64,000 nucleotides of DNA from Octopus bimaculoides (taxonomy: Eukaryota), in NCBI RefSeq assembly GCF_001194135.2, contig NC_068990.1, forward strand, positions 25,081,959 to 25,145,958, written 5' to 3'. The notes under the pieces were generated by a model that saw only the letters and a list, made by a program, of their open reading frames with translations, was not told the origin of the DNA and ran no database searches. The position numbers were made by a program, and so were the translations under genes. Below, one piece after another: positions 13,411-26,133 of this stretch (positions are counted from its first letter, which is position 1; each line of letters starts with the position of its first letter).

Positions 13411-13867
13411 CTGTAAAAATAAGGAAATAGTTAATTCACAAAACAAAACAAAAAACATTTAAGTTAATGGTTTCTATGCCCTTCCTAATACTCAACAAAA
13501 TCAGTGCCTTTCTCATGAAACCAACACAAGTCAATATTAATCACCTGAGCCAAATTTTGTTTTGTTTGTTTTTTTCTTCTGTTTAATAATAACTTTTACA
13601 TGTTAAAATAATTGGGATCATTTTATAAATTTTAATATTAATATGTGGCTGGAGAAAACAATTTTAGACAGTGTTGCTCTTACTGCTGACCAGTCAATTG
13701 TATTGAAGTGGAATCTGCTTGACAGTCAAGCAGACTGAGGCAAACAGTTTCACACCAACAATGGTATTTGATGATTGAATTTAACTATGATTATAAAAGG
13801 GTTAAAGGAGAACTATCCAGATAATTTTTCTTTCTCAGAGAAAGTCACACAATCAATTCAGACCTAC

Positions 13868-14083
13868 CTTGATCAAGTCAATGGTTTGTGATCCAGATTG
13901 CATGTCTTTTAGCAAACCATCAACGTTATCCCGAAGTGATGAATGTTTGTCTTCAGCTTTGGACACTTTGGCTGAAATGTTTTCAAGATTAGTGACTTTG
14001 GTGTCACCAGAAGATAATCCATTCAGAATGCCCTTTGTGTAGTCAATTTGGTTCTGTACAGGATACAGCTCTTGGTTTAGAGC
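13868..14083 (-). CDS. MACF1: Rod exon (ALNQELYPVQNQ...IDLIK), 216 nt; not in the ORF track
   Basis: TTTTCAG|GCT and AAG|GTAGGT; 72 open codons, coiled-coil character. Confidence 0.92.
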
Positions 14084-14527
14084 CTGAAAAATAGCAATAA
14101 ATTATAATATTGATGTATATATACAAAATTATCTGTTCTAACAGCAGCAACAACAAGTACTTATTATTTCACATAAGGTGCTAGAGTGAATGTGAATAAG
14201 CTTGTACAAGGCAAGTAACCATTTAGCCCCAAGCAGCAAGACCCACTGAGGAGGACTAAGAGAATTATCTCAGAGTTCAGAATCATGTGATATATCATTT
14301 GCAATTGTCCCTTGCTTTAGTATGTTGGCTATTTTTCTCACTATCTTGATTTCATCAGCTTGTTAACTTCAGTGCTTGTGGCTAATTGAGTTGCTTTTGA
14401 CTCCTATTTCTAGCAAAACTGCTATCTAGTACCCTTGTTTATATATATTTATATATATATAAGTTCTTTTTTTTAATCTAAAATATACTCTCCTTCATTT
14501 TCTACAATGCTTTATTTCACGTTCTAT

Positions 14528-14804
14528 ACTTTATTTCACATTACTCCCGTTCACTCAGTTGTAGAAATGATTTGTGACATCACAGGTGCCAAGCTGTATT
14601 GCCCTTTGCCTTTCTCTTGGATAACACTGGTGGCATGGAGAGGGGAGGCNNNNNNNNNNTGGATAACACTGGTGGCATGGAGAGGGGAGGCCGGTATGCA
14701 TGGGTGACTGCTGGTCTTCCATAAACAACCTTGCCTGGACTTGTGCCTGGGAGGGTAACTTTCTAGGTGCAATCCCATGGTCAGTCATGACCGAAGGGGG
14801 TCTC
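14528..14804 (+). mobile_element. SINE family A1, 5'-truncated copy
   Basis: Aligns to about 3567-3783; contains a 10-N gap with a 32-bp duplicated flank. Confidence 0.78.
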
Positions 14805-15307
14805 AGCTCAGCTCATATATATATGAACAACGAATGCATGAACATGATCTACTCAATGTCCATGGATACCATGGGCTGTAGTCATCCCACAAATACAGAC
14901 TATGATCTTAAGAAACATGTGATTTGTGGAAACACATGTAACGATGCATTAAAATGCTTATAAATTCCATCCATGGAGTATTACTATTGTTATTATTACT
15001 ATATTTATCCTACTTTATATCAGCATAGCTCAGTGCAACCCCCAAACAACTGGTTGTCGCCAGTTGGCTTCATTAGGCATTAATAAGATAGCAGCTTTTA
15101 TGTGCATATTCAAAACATTTCCCATAAATGAACTGAAAGGATATATGTATAAACCTATACATGGGAGTGCATACATTTGGTTCTGGACATGTGTTTGTGT
15201 ACCTTTATATGTACCAAGCAGGAACACCAAGCATATACACCCAAAATTGAATAACCTAGTTGGGATCAGAAAACAAAACTGATAAAAATGATTGAAAGAA
15301 CTCTTAC

Positions 15308-15477
15308 TTGGATCTTTTCAATATGTTGTGGGTCTTTACTGGCGTTATTAGCAGAATAGTGATCTTCCAGTTTGGTGTTGATTGTTCCCAGAGTATTTTC
15401 AACATCATCAATGACCTCATTGAATTCTGTCAGGCGCTGTGATACATCTTCAAGATTTTGAACTTTCTTGTCCATGG
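15308..15477 (-). CDS. MACF1: Rod exon (MDKKVQNLE...IEKIQ), 170 nt, phase 1-0
   Basis: AAACAG|CC and CAA|GTAAGA; A plus CC gives Thr. Confidence 0.92.
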
Positions 15478-16378
15478 CTGTTTAGTTAAAAAAAAAAAAA
15501 AAACAGCTTGAATTTTAAGGATATCAGGTTTGAAAAATAGCTTCAATATAAACACAAATGGAAATAGTTAAGATGGCAGTTGATTTTCTTGTTCTAGCAA
15601 TTGATGAAAATATCTAAATTTGCATATTCTTACTTCCATGATGTAAAAATCCACTAATGTTAATTAAGGCAATTAAAATAATGAATACTGGAGAATTAAC
15701 AATAACTTAAAATTCACAAAGTTTGGAGAATTCTAGAACCCTACCAGGTTTCTTTCATACAAGAACACCTAAATATTAAATGTTTACAACAGGTGGAAGA
15801 AGCTTCAGGAACTTTTGATATGTTTTCTTTTACTAAAGTGTTAGGTTCTTGATATTCTGGTTTATATGAAGAGACAACTGTGATGGTAAAGATACATGAT
15901 GCTAATTAATTCATTCATTATTATCATTTACTGTTTGTTTTCCATGTTGGTATGGGTTAAACGGTTTGATGAGTCAGAAGATTGTACCAAGCTCTGTTTT
16001 GGCATCGTTTCTGTAGTAGGATACCCTTCCTAATCCCAACTAATTTACTGGGTGCTTTTTACGTGGGACCAGCAGTAGTGAGATCACCGACTTGCAAGAC
16101 ACGATCCCTCAAGTGAATGGAGAGTAGTTTTGAGGCATACATATACATATTCCCTATACACTGCTGCTGATAGGGATTAACTGTGATTGAGGTTGAACAT
16201 GGAAGAGTTGGATGAGGTTAAATTGGATCAAAAAAATATTGGGGCCCACAAATGTGATAATACAAGGTGAAGACACCCAACTGTCTCAACAAATTTTGTC
16301 TGACTTATGCAAGCATGGAATATGGATGTTAAAGGATGACGACAATGATGATAGATAAGATCTGAATAAAGAACTTAC

Positions 16379-16529
16379 TGGATGACAAGGCAGTAGACCT
16401 TTGTTTAATCTCATCCACATCTTTTTGAATTTCATCTTGGTCAGTTTCCACACATTGTATGAAAATTTGAGCTTCACGGTTAAGAACATCGAGGTCATAT
16501 GACAATTTCAGAACATCATTTTGTAAAGC
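16379..16529 (-). CDS. MACF1: Rod exon (ALQNDVLKL...TALSS), 151 nt, phase 0-1
   Basis: CTGCAG|GCT and A|GTAAGT. Confidence 0.92.
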
Positions 16530-16719
16530 CTGCAGTGAAATAAAATTAATCACAATAAATATTTAAACATTTAAAGATGAAAAGATAAAGATCAATACTT
16601 CTTTCTATGAGTTCCAAAACCCTACCTCACCCCTATTCAGGAGAGCATGTGGTATGATAGACATCACCTTGTCAACAGCTGCTTGATAAATATTTTACCC
16701 ATAATTGAAAAGACATGTG

Positions 16720-17088
16720 CACACGCACGCACACACACAGAGGCATAAGTGGAGAGAGAGAGCGAGAGAGAGAGAAAGAGAGAGGCGTATGTAAGTGACA
16801 TACACTGGTATATGTAAGTGTATACGTATACACAGAAGCATATATAAGTGTGTACACACACAGGTATATGTAAGTGAATACACACACATGGACAAAAGTA
16901 CTAATACACACACACACACACACTGGTACATGTAAGTGACCATACGTACATACACAGAGGTATATATAAGTGCATACACACATACATACACTGGTGTATG
17001 TAAATACACACGCACACAAACATGCCTGCACAAACAGACACACATACACGCGTGGACGCACACACATGCAGATTGACATATGCACACA
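16720..17088. repeat. Compound (CA)n/(AG)n/(TA) low-complexity tract
   Basis: Direct reading; source of the spurious Cys/Val/His/Thr ORFs. Confidence 0.93.
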
Positions 17089-17094
17089 ACTTAC

Positions 17095-17427
17095 CCTGGT
17101 TTCCTTTAGTTTCTTAATGACATCTTCAGCCTCAGCCTTGGGACAGGTCATGTTCTCTAACTTTTCCTCATTGTATTTTGTGGTCAACAAAGAACTACTG
17201 AGGTGTTCTTGGAACCGTTTGCCGTGTTTCATGCTATCCTGAATACTCTGGTGCCGACCTTCGGCCTTCTCTTTGATCTTAGACATTCCAGTATTCAGTT
17301 CTTCCACTTGGTGACACAGCTTCTCTGGATTATTTCCGCTGCTTTGCAGTTCTTTGACCAGTTTGTTCCCTGAGTCGACTAAATCTCGCACAATTTGCTC
17401 ATGCTGAGCTATTTCCTGTTGAAGGAT
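17095..17427 (-). CDS. MACF1: Rod exon (ILQQEIAQHEQIV...LKETR), 333 nt
   Basis: CCCTGCAG|ATC and AGG|GTAAGT. Confidence 0.93.
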
Positions 17428-18343
17428 CTGCAGGGGAAAAAAAAACCCTCATCATCAACATCTACATCTTAATGCCCTTTTAGCCCCAGGCATGCTTATT
17501 TAACCCTAGGCATTTTTATTTACTCCCAGCCTCAAATTATTCTTTCTGCTGCACCATAAACATTAAATATTTTCTTCATATTTTCTTTTTTTAAATTGTT
17601 GGTGATATGATGGGAGTTTTGTAATAACAAGATTCTAATAATGTCATTTCAGAGAATGTTTTAATAAAGTGAAAGCTTGCACCTCCCCATGTAGCAGTCA
17701 GTAAACAACAAAGCTTGCTGTGAGGCCTGTAATTGGTTAGTCTGACATCTACTGGTTGGCATGTTAAACTACCATATGCTGGCAACAGGCTAGTTTGCTA
17801 AACCATCATTACTTGTCTACACAACTATTATTGTAAAACATCTGTTTTTCTCAACACAACTGAATGACAAAGAAAACTGGTGAAGCATTGTGAATGGAAA
17901 GTAGTGTACTGTCAACAGCCCTTTTGTCGATAATTTATCCAACCAGCTTTTGCAAATAGCAATATGACCATGATTATAGAGGTCTCTAGGCCAGAGGTTG
18001 GAAAAGACATCAACATTGACCCCTGGGTGTCTATGTGGCTATTCAAGGGGATCAATCAAAACCTGAAATGATTCTAAATGTTAAGGGTGCTGAATTTTTT
18101 AGCCAAGTGAATCTGGAAGAGTGTGGTAATTTAAGGTTAAAACTCACTAATTTCCAACAAAATATCAATGCAATATTAATTAGTATTCACTAAATACATT
18201 TTTACATCTACTGCATGATACAAAACATTTCTTATTTAAAACTATTTTCTTCTTCGGCCATCTTAACTTGCTCTAACTTTTCACTAGATAATCCATTGCA
18301 TGATTATATAGCTCTCTAGATAAGAAAGGACATGAACACTCAC

Positions 18344-18510
18344 TTGGTCCTGATGATGTTGTTGTTTTAGGATGTCCATTTTACCAGACAATGGTTCTAC
18401 AAGGTCTAACTTGGCCACAAAATCGTTTTCCCAATTTAATTCTTCTTGGCAGTCAACTGTGAATTTTTTACTTGTTTTATTAGCAAGATCCAGACTGTTT
18501 CTTCGAGATA
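18344..18510 (-). CDS. MACF1: Rod exon (SRRNSLDLA...HHQDQ), 167 nt, phase 1-0
   Basis: TTTCAG|TA and CAA|GTGAGT; T plus TA gives Leu. Confidence 0.92.
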
Positions 18511-19297
18511 CTGAAACAAAAATAAACAAAAAAAATCATGAAAAAAACAACAAAAAAACAACAACAAAAAAAACAAATATAACATTATAAACTGTGAGTA
18601 AAATTAATGAACCAGCAGTAAGTTAAGAACAGTTTCATATTTGTTGAATTAAAATGGCAACTTTCAAGTTATTTTTCTACTAGACAGTTACCCATCATAT
18701 GACAGTAAAGTTTGGAAATATACTTTCACTACCATGGGTAATATCAGGAGATTTGGCATACAATAATTATAATTCAGCTTTCATCAAATTTCTTGGTGCT
18801 TATATATAATGGATAAAATGAATAAAAATTTATAAAAGAAAAATATCTATTACCTTAAGATAAAATTAAATGAAACAAATTTTGCTCTTGTATATTTGCA
18901 ATAAATATGTCATTTTTATAAATTTTAAATACATCTACTCTACTGGAAACTTATCTCTACAAATTTCATTAAAAAATGTGTATTTTTCAGAAATTTACAA
19001 GACATTCATTATGTACCTCTTATGTTAACTCACCCTCTTTGACTATCTGTCCGTTACTCTATACCATGTCAAGCATGACTGGAGAAATCAACCAACCAAC
19101 ATAGAGATTTTAGTCTTTAACTATTGCTTAGACTGGTGTAAATAAATCAAGTAGTTTACCTACCAATAAACTTGATGTAATTCAAGAGGTAGGGTTTCAG
19201 GAAATGAAACCCTACCTTTGAAGACCAATAACCCATAACCAGTTTTTGAATTCCTATATTAGGTTGATGGCAACACATTTAATGCATGGAATATCAA

Positions 19298-19521
19298 CCC
19301 ATAAGCATTCAGATTCTTCTGTCAAATGTAATGCTTATTTATTTGCATTACATTATTTTGAATTAATCCTGCATCATCTTGTAGCTGATGTATTGATGAT
19401 GATGATGATGTGATTGTATGTTATCAGAATGATATTGTGTGATCAGGCTGGATCTGGATAGTTTGAACTTTAAACAGGTAAAATATTTGATCCAGATATG
19501 GCTAGATTAAATGCTAAAGGC
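19298..19521. mobile_element. piggyBac-like MITE, third and more decayed copy
   Basis: CCCATAAGCATTCAGATT...TGTCAAATGTAATGCTTATTTATT...AAATGCTAAAGG; target-site duplications eroded. Confidence 0.7.
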
Positions 19522-19994
19522 ACAGTAAACAGGTGGTAATGTGCATTCTATGAAAGCTGTTTGCTACAAAAAGTGTTGCTGTCAGTTCTCCTGTCAATTT
19601 GTCCGCTTGCTTTGTGCCTTCAAAGACATGCGATACAGGAAATTTCTTACTTAAAAAATTAGTAAAGTTAGTGACAGGAAAGGCATCTGGCTGTAAAACA
19701 ATGCCTCAAAAATCTATTCAAGTCCAGTGTTTTGCAGCCATTTTTTACTCCTTTAGTCCCCATTTTACTCTGCTGGATACTCATAACCACTTGATGCTAA
19801 AAAAATCCTATTATATTTTTATAATTAAGTATTATTAGAAACTTTATTTAAAAATTGTTAAAATATTTTGTGACTTGTAGAAGTTTAAACAATTTATTGC
19901 ACGTAAGTTTTAACAACAAAATCTTAGATGGACCCTAATTGAGAACCAATAGTCTAATCCATGCTATCACAGAAAAAAAAATGAATGAACTTAC

Positions 19995-20157
19995 ATAATT
20001 TCTTTTCAGCTTCTTGAAATAATTTTTCCACACCAGAGAGTTTAGTCTTGAGATCTGTTCTTATAGACATGTCTTTGGTGGCGTCTCCTAGTTTACGGCT
20101 GATCTCCTTCAGTTTCTCCATATCACCTTTCCTTTGCTTCAGTTGGTCTTCATGCAT
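19995..20157 (-). CDS. MACF1: Rod exon (MHEDQLKQRK...AEKKL), 163 nt, phase 0-1
   Basis: TTTTTAG|ATG and T|GTAAGT. Confidence 0.92.
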
Positions 20158-20569
20158 CTAAAAACACCATCAATAAGCATATTTCAGAAATAACTTCTCC
20201 AACTCTTAGATTTACCAAATTAATTCCATGAGAAACAATATTATTTTATGTAGAGAACCACCATCCCATTTTCATTAAAATATAGATATATTTAGCAAAT
20301 TAATTGATTCATCAGTCATCTAACATCCATTTTCCAAACTGGTATGGGTTGGATGGTTTGACAAGAGCTGGCGACCCAGAGGACAGCACCAAGCTCCAAT
20401 GACTGCTTTGGTTGGGTGCCCTTCCTAACACTAACCACTTTACATAGTGTGGTGGGTGCATTTTATGTGGTACAGACACTGGTGAGGTCATCAAGACCCC
20501 TCAACTGAAGGGAGTGTAGGTAATGAGAAAGGTGGCTTTATGTAAGTAAAAGTAAATATTGTCCTGAAT

Positions 20570-20810
20570 CCTAAGACTCATGAGGTTAGTTACTCAGTTT
20601 TCATGGTAAATAAGTAATTGAAATCACAACACTCCCCCTGGATGGGATGCCAGTCCATTGTATAGTTACTCCACTACAGCTGAGTAGACTGAAGTAAACG
20701 TGAAATGAAATGTTTTATGCAAGAACACAATATACTGTCTGAGCTGGGAATTGAAACTATGATCTTGCGATTGTGAGTACAACATCCAAACCACTAGGCC
20801 ATATGCCTCC
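20570..20810 (-). mobile_element. tRNA-head SINE, family A2
   Basis: Minus-strand head GGCATATGGCCTAGTGGTTTGG...GTTTCAATTCC; shares body with 34200-34420. Confidence 0.7.
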
Positions 20811-21084
20811 CCGGTGGATTTATACCAGAAATATTAATTTGTCTGTAGAACCATTGAGTTTATTTCTTTAAATTAGATATTTTTTTTAATGGTTTGGTCT
20901 GAATGGAAAAAGGTAGTACCAAGGTTTTTGCAGGTAACATGAGATCAAAATTATTACAGATAACCTGTAGAATATTGCTAAGCTAAATTAATCTGTTGAT
21001 TATTAATGTAATATTGAATAGCAAACACTTGTCTTGTTTATATTTTAATGAGGCACAGGTATGGATATGAAGAATATATATCTA

Positions 21085-21797
21085 TGCATGCGCACACGCA
21101 TACACATATGCACAACTATACACACACACACACACACACACATGCACAACTATACACACACACACACACACATGCACAACTATACACNNNNNNNNNNNNN
21201 NNNNNNNNNNNNNNNNNNNNNNNNNNNNNNNNNNNNNNNNNNNNNNNNNNNNNNNNNNNNNNNNNNNNNNNNNNNNNNNNNNNNNNNNNNNNNNNNNNNN
21301 NNNNNNNNNNNNNNNNNNNNNNNNNNNNNNNNNNNNNNNNNNNNNNNNNNNNNNNNNNNNNNNNNNNNNNNNNNNNNNNNNNNNNNNNNNNNNNNNNNNN
21401 NNNNNNNNNNNNNNNNNNNNNNNNNNNNNNNNNNNNNNNNNNNNNNNNNNNNNNNNNNNNNNNNNNNNNNNNNNNNNNNNNNNNNNNNNNNNNNNNNNNN
21501 NNNNNNNNNNNNNNNNNNNNNNNNNNNNNNNNNNNNNNNNNNNNNNNNNNNNNNNNNNNNNNNNNNNNNNNNNNNNNNNNNNNNNNNNNNNNNNNNNNNN
21601 NNNNNNNNNNNNNNNNNNNNNNNNNNNNNNNNNNNNNNNNNNNNNNNNNNNNNNNNNNNNNNNNNNNNNNNNNNNNNNNNNNNNNNNNNNNNNNNNNNNN
21701 NNNNNNNNNNNNNNNNNNNNNNNNNNNNNNNNNNNNNNNNNNNNNNNNNNNNNNNNNNNNNNNNNNNNNNNNNNNNNNNNNAGAGAGAGAGAGAGAG
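21085..21797. repeat. CA-rich 30-bp minisatellite, 594-N gap and (AG)n
   Basis: ATACACACACACACACACACATGCACAACT units abut the gap 21188-21781. Confidence 0.9.
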
Positions 21798-21853
21798 ATG
21801 AAAATGTGAGTGAGTTGCCTCATATTTGTTATCTTCTTTCATATACCCCTTAA

Positions 21854-22068
21854 CCCTTTGAGCATTCTGATTACTCCATCAAATGTAATATTTATTTATT
21901 GTCTTGAATTAATCATATTATATCTCATAGCTTTGAAATTTCAATGATGTGACTGTTTATTTTTAGTATGACATTGTAGGATAGGTGAGAGAGGCCAGAT
22001 CTGGCCAGTTTGAAGATAAAGTGGGTAGAATATGTGTGTTTGATATAGCCAGTTTAAATACTAAAGGA
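21854..22068. mobile_element. piggyBac-like MITE, second copy
   Basis: TTAA|CCCTTTGAGCATT...AATACTAAAGGA|TTAA; internal sequence aligns with the 25453 copy. Confidence 0.78.
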
Positions 22069-22095
22069 TTAAATAAAGCCAACTTAATTATATAC

Positions 22096-22428
22096 CTTTG
22101 TTTCATTTGTCAATCGGTGTTGGTTGTCTGAACAAGCAACAACTGGAGTCAAGGCATTGAGAACATCATTAAACTCAGTTAACCAAAGTGTAAGTGAGCC
22201 CAATGTATCCTGGAAGTTTGAACTCAAATCAGTCATTGATGTCAAACTGTTCTGTCGGTCTTTCAGACGTGTCTGCAACCGTTCCCATGCTTTGCTAATT
22301 ATATCCATTCTCTGGCTCACGTCAAGGGCATCTTTTGATGCCGGTTCACATCGGTCAAGTATTGAGTGACCAGCCTGAATGAAATGTTCATAAACTGGTT
22401 CTTGTCCATGCAGTTCTTCTTGGAGGAC
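22096..22428 (-). CDS. MACF1: Rod exon (VLQEELHGQEPVYE...TNETK), 333 nt
   Basis: GTTTAG|GTC and AAG|GTATAT; 111 codons; LTLWL motif. Confidence 0.93.
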
Positions 22429-22958
22429 CTAAACAATGAAATTGAAATTAAATACAAAAACATTAGTTTGATATTAAAGACATTTAGACAGAAGCATTTC
22501 ATTCTTATTTCTCCCAGCATTTGTACAGTGATTGGTGGTTTTAAAGTTTAACATGTTTACATAAATCATAGGTAGCAATATATTACAGTTAAAAAGAAAG
22601 AACACCGTATTTTGCAGCTTGGAAGCTGAACACTTTTTTGTTGAATAAAATATCTTGAAACTAACCAAGTGTCTACCATGATGCTTTTCTAAGAGCAGTA
22701 TCTGGTGGCATTTTGCTGTATACCCTGGGTGGTTGGTTCCAGCTAGGAACCAGTAGGTGATCAGCAGTAGCAGGTATGCTTTGATCATCATGGTGTGTCA
22801 CTTGAATAATCAAAGGACAGTTAAAGCAAAGAGAATGGTGTTGCATATTATAATAATATCCAGCAACAAACCACCAGGTAGGCAGCCATTGGCTGGTGAT
22901 TTTGCTCAGTTACAGTGGATCTGAGTATTCTGCTGCTTTAACCACCAGTTTTAACTAA

Positions 22959-23353
22959 CTCGGCACCAAAATAACATTAGATGGAGACTGCATTCATGAA
23001 ATAAATACAAGAATCAGCAAAGCTAACCAATCATTTGGTATGTTAAACTCAATATGGAAATCATCAATACTCAACAAGAGCACCAAAATACAATTTTACC
23101 AAAACAACATACTTAACATCCTCTTCTATGGATCCGAATGTTGGGAAACAACCAAAAGTTTTGAAAATAAATTGGTGTTTCAAAATAAATGTCTACGAAA
23201 AATTTTGGAGGTCTACTTGCTGAATATGACCTTGAATAGCCAACTGTCACCAAGGCTAACGTGAAACCAATAAAAGAAACTATTGAAGCAAGGAGATGGA
23301 AATGGCTGGGTCGAGTTTGCCACTATAAACCGAACCTAATTGTCAGGATTGCA
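22959..23353 (+). mobile_element. Degraded RTE-clade LINE fragment (C-terminal part of the RT ORF)
   Basis: Translates LGTKITLDGDCIHEINTRISKANQSFGMLNSIWKS...ILFYGSECW...FQNKCLRKIL, then after a frameshift ARRWKWLGRV. These match the RTE motifs YLGS...RIxKA, LLYGSExW, CLRxIL and RRxxWxGH. Confidence 0.85.
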
Positions 23354-23761
23354 AAATGTGGTAAATCTAATGATTCCATTTGTATATCATAAGACAGGAT
23401 AAATCGAAAGTGCTTTTATTATAGAAATCTCAATTCTGTTAGAAACTAGAGACTGATGAAATGCAGATATCAATATCTGGGCATTGATTTTCTAATTAAA
23501 TCATTAATCAACAAATAAATAATTAACGAATAATATCACCAATCTAACCACTGCTTATGATATTAAGCACCACTGAGCTCAATATTCAAAGAAAGGAAAA
23601 TCCAGAGACATTTACTAGATAAAATATGGAAAAAATAAAAATAAACACAAATGATGCAAACAGGAAGTTTTTTGACAGGACAGTCTTTTTAAAACAAGGT
23701 TAAACTTTAAAAATAATACATTTCTAAATCTCTCAAAGAGATTTAAGCAGTAGTGATACGA

Positions 23762-23922
23762 TGAAGTAGTTGTATGCTGTCAACTTAATGTGACAGTCCC
23801 CTGAAGGGAATAATACGACCAACAGTCGTATNNNNNNNNNNTGAAGGGAATAATACGACCAACAGTCGTATTATTCCCTTCAGGGGACTGTCACATTAAG
23901 TTGACAGCATACAACTACTTCA
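23762..23922. repeat. Perfect 58-bp inverted repeat with 5-nt loop (hairpin), split by a 10-N gap with duplicated flank
   Basis: 23762-23819 is the exact reverse complement of 23865-23922; loop CAACA; 23802-23831 is repeated at 23842-23871. Confidence 0.92.
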
Positions 23923-24237
23923 AGGTTAAACTTGTTTAACAGAAGAGTGCTTAGTTTTAGTTTTCTAGTATCTGAATTGAGGTTTTATGCAACAGCTGTG
24001 GATATCTGTGACAGAAGTTTAAGAGTTAAAGAATCCACTTTTATTTGAGTTGTATAAAAAAAAAAAAAAAAAGACAACAAACTGGATTGAATTGAACAGT
24101 TTGCTAAAATGAGATGAATTTTTTTAAAAATCACCTCCCTAATTAACTCCTTACTCTGTGGATGATAATCTTTGACAATGTTAAAGCTATAGTCATTAAA
24201 GTAATTTTTATGTGAACAACAATAGTGAATGAATTAC

Positions 24238-24437
24238 CTTGACTTGTCCAATTTGGTTTTGGATAACAACAGGATCGATAGCTAAAGGTCCAAGAACAGC
24301 AACCATCTTTTCCTTCTGAGCTAACCATGTATCTAACTGATGGCCAGATTCACGGAACTCACGTAGATCAGCAATTATGTCTTCTAGTAATTTCTGTTCA
24401 TTTTCAGATTTGGTTTTCAATGTGGACCATTTCATTT
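24238..24437 (-). CDS. MACF1: Rod exon (MKWSTLK...IGQVK), 200 nt, phase 1-0
   Basis: CTTTTAG|AA and AAG|GTAATT; LDTWL motif. Confidence 0.93.
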
Positions 24438-24879
24438 CTAAAAGTGAGAAACAAAACTCATAACAACTAAGTAAGAACTCCACAATACAAGAAAATCAAA
24501 ATGAATAAATATCTTACAGAAACTGAGATAATGATTTATTTTTTAATCTGTGAGGCATCCCTGTATCTCTTCAATTGCAAGACACCTGTGGCTATCTCAA
24601 ACAATTCAAGGTGTCTGGAAGGAAGCCATCAAGTGGAATTGAAGGTAAGAGTAAGAAAAAGGAAACACCCTGCCCCCAATTCTTGTACATCATTCCCTAC
24701 ATCACTCTCCTCTCACATTCTTATAAACTTATCCACCCACAGTTCTCCATCTTCAGTCCATATTTTCTCTTATAATCCCCTTCTTGTACCTTGAGAGAGT
24801 ACATCCGACACTTCAACATCGCCATCTTTATCTTCTTCCCAGTTACTCCCACCCATCTTTATATAATGTAGGGTAGCCA

Positions 24880-25222
24880 TTTATCTTCTCTACAGCAAGA
24901 CAACTGTGCTTGTCTCTCTCTGTCATACTTTAGCCTTTTAACACTTGGCATAAAACCTCCCCCCCCTTCTACTACAATCCTATTCAGTTGAGAGGTTTTC
25001 TTTTCTTTGTCTTGCATATCACTGGACGACCTCACTAGTGCTGGTGCCATGAGAAAGGCACCCAGTCTACTTTGTAAAGTGGTCAGCATTAGGAAGGCAT
25101 CCAGCCATAGAAACTGTACCTAAGCAGATACTGGAAATCAAGGTAGTCCTGTGGTTCATAGGATCCTGTTAAACCACTGATCTGAAGCCAACATGGAAGA
25201 TGGACATTAAATGATAACGATA
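24880..25222 (+). mobile_element. Family D copy in the opposite orientation
   Basis: GGTCAGCATTAGGAAGGCATCCAGCCATAGAAAC...CAACATGGAAGATGGACATTAAATGAT is the reverse complement of the other D copies. Confidence 0.7.
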
Positions 25223-25256
25223 CATCCATAATAAATAAATAGAATTGTTGTCATAC

Positions 25257-25386
25257 CTAACAAGTTCAGTGGTTCTTGAATAAATTCCAGTCCATCCACT
25301 GAATCATGGCTCTTAATTAAGTTGTCAGATTTTCTTTTTATTTCTTCCACCAAATGTTCTTTGCCAAGAATTTTTTTGTGGAATGC
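25257..25386 (-). CDS. MACF1: Rod exon (AFHKKILGKE...PLNLL), 130 nt, phase 0-1
   Basis: TTTACAG|GCA and G|GTATGA; G plus AA gives Glu with the next exon. Confidence 0.92.
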
Positions 25387-25452
25387 CTGTAAAGATAAAT
25401 TCATCAAAATGAAATAAGTTGAGGATTAAAATCCATATTTTTTTCCATTTAA

Positions 25453-25672
25453 CCCTTGAACATTCAAATTATTCTGTCAAATGTAATTCTTATTTATTCA
25501 CATTATTTTGAATTAACCATGCATTATCTTGTATCTTCAAAATTTTGATTATATCATTGTTCATTTTTAAAATGACATTGAAGGGTAAATGTAAGAGGTA
25601 GGATCTGGCTGGTTTGAATGCAAAACAGGCAGAATATTTAGGTCTGATATGTCTGGTTTAAATGCTAAAGGG
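25453..25672. mobile_element. 220-bp piggyBac-like MITE
   Basis: TTAA at 25449-25452 and 25673-25676; ends CCCTTGAACATT...AATGCTAAAGGG; homologous copies at 21854 and 19298. Confidence 0.8.
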
Positions 25673-26133
25673 TTAAATATTGTAACAGAGTTTCCCAAGT
25701 CTTGTTTTGTACAATGGATTTGTTCAAGTGACTCTTAATGGGGGAGGGGGGGGGCAACAATGAAAACTGAATTGGATTAAATAGGAAAACAAAACAAAAT
25801 CTTTCTTGGGTTTATACACAGCAGCTTCATGACAATATCTCTAGAAGTGATGTACATAAGAGGTTGAATAGCAGTAATGAGGTAGGTTTATACTTGCTAA
25901 TTAAGAGAGAGAGAGAGAGAGGGTGTGAAGAGAAAGGTGTAGAGAGAAAGGGGAAGTAGGGGGAGCAGCAGATGGGTGGCAAGTGGCAGTAGAGAAAGAG
26001 TAGAGAGGGAAAATTGACAGAGAGAAGGGAGAGGAAAGTAATTGATGATGATATGATGATAAGTAATAAAAGAAATCCATTAACTAACAAGCTGGCATTG
26101 ACTGACACACAGACAGACCAGGTAAATTCCTAC

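Noticed and set aside
14618-14691. 32-bp tandem duplication as a real target-site or tandem event
   Set aside because: The copies flank a 10-N gap, and the homologous SINE copy near 3657 has the sequence once; assembly artefact.
16664-17242. Cys/Val/Tyr-rich and His/Thr-rich ORFs
   Set aside because: Translations of (CA)n/(TG)n microsatellite. Only 17095-17427 is exonic.
21048-21842. 220-253 aa ORFs
   Set aside because: They consist mostly of N gap plus dinucleotide repeats.
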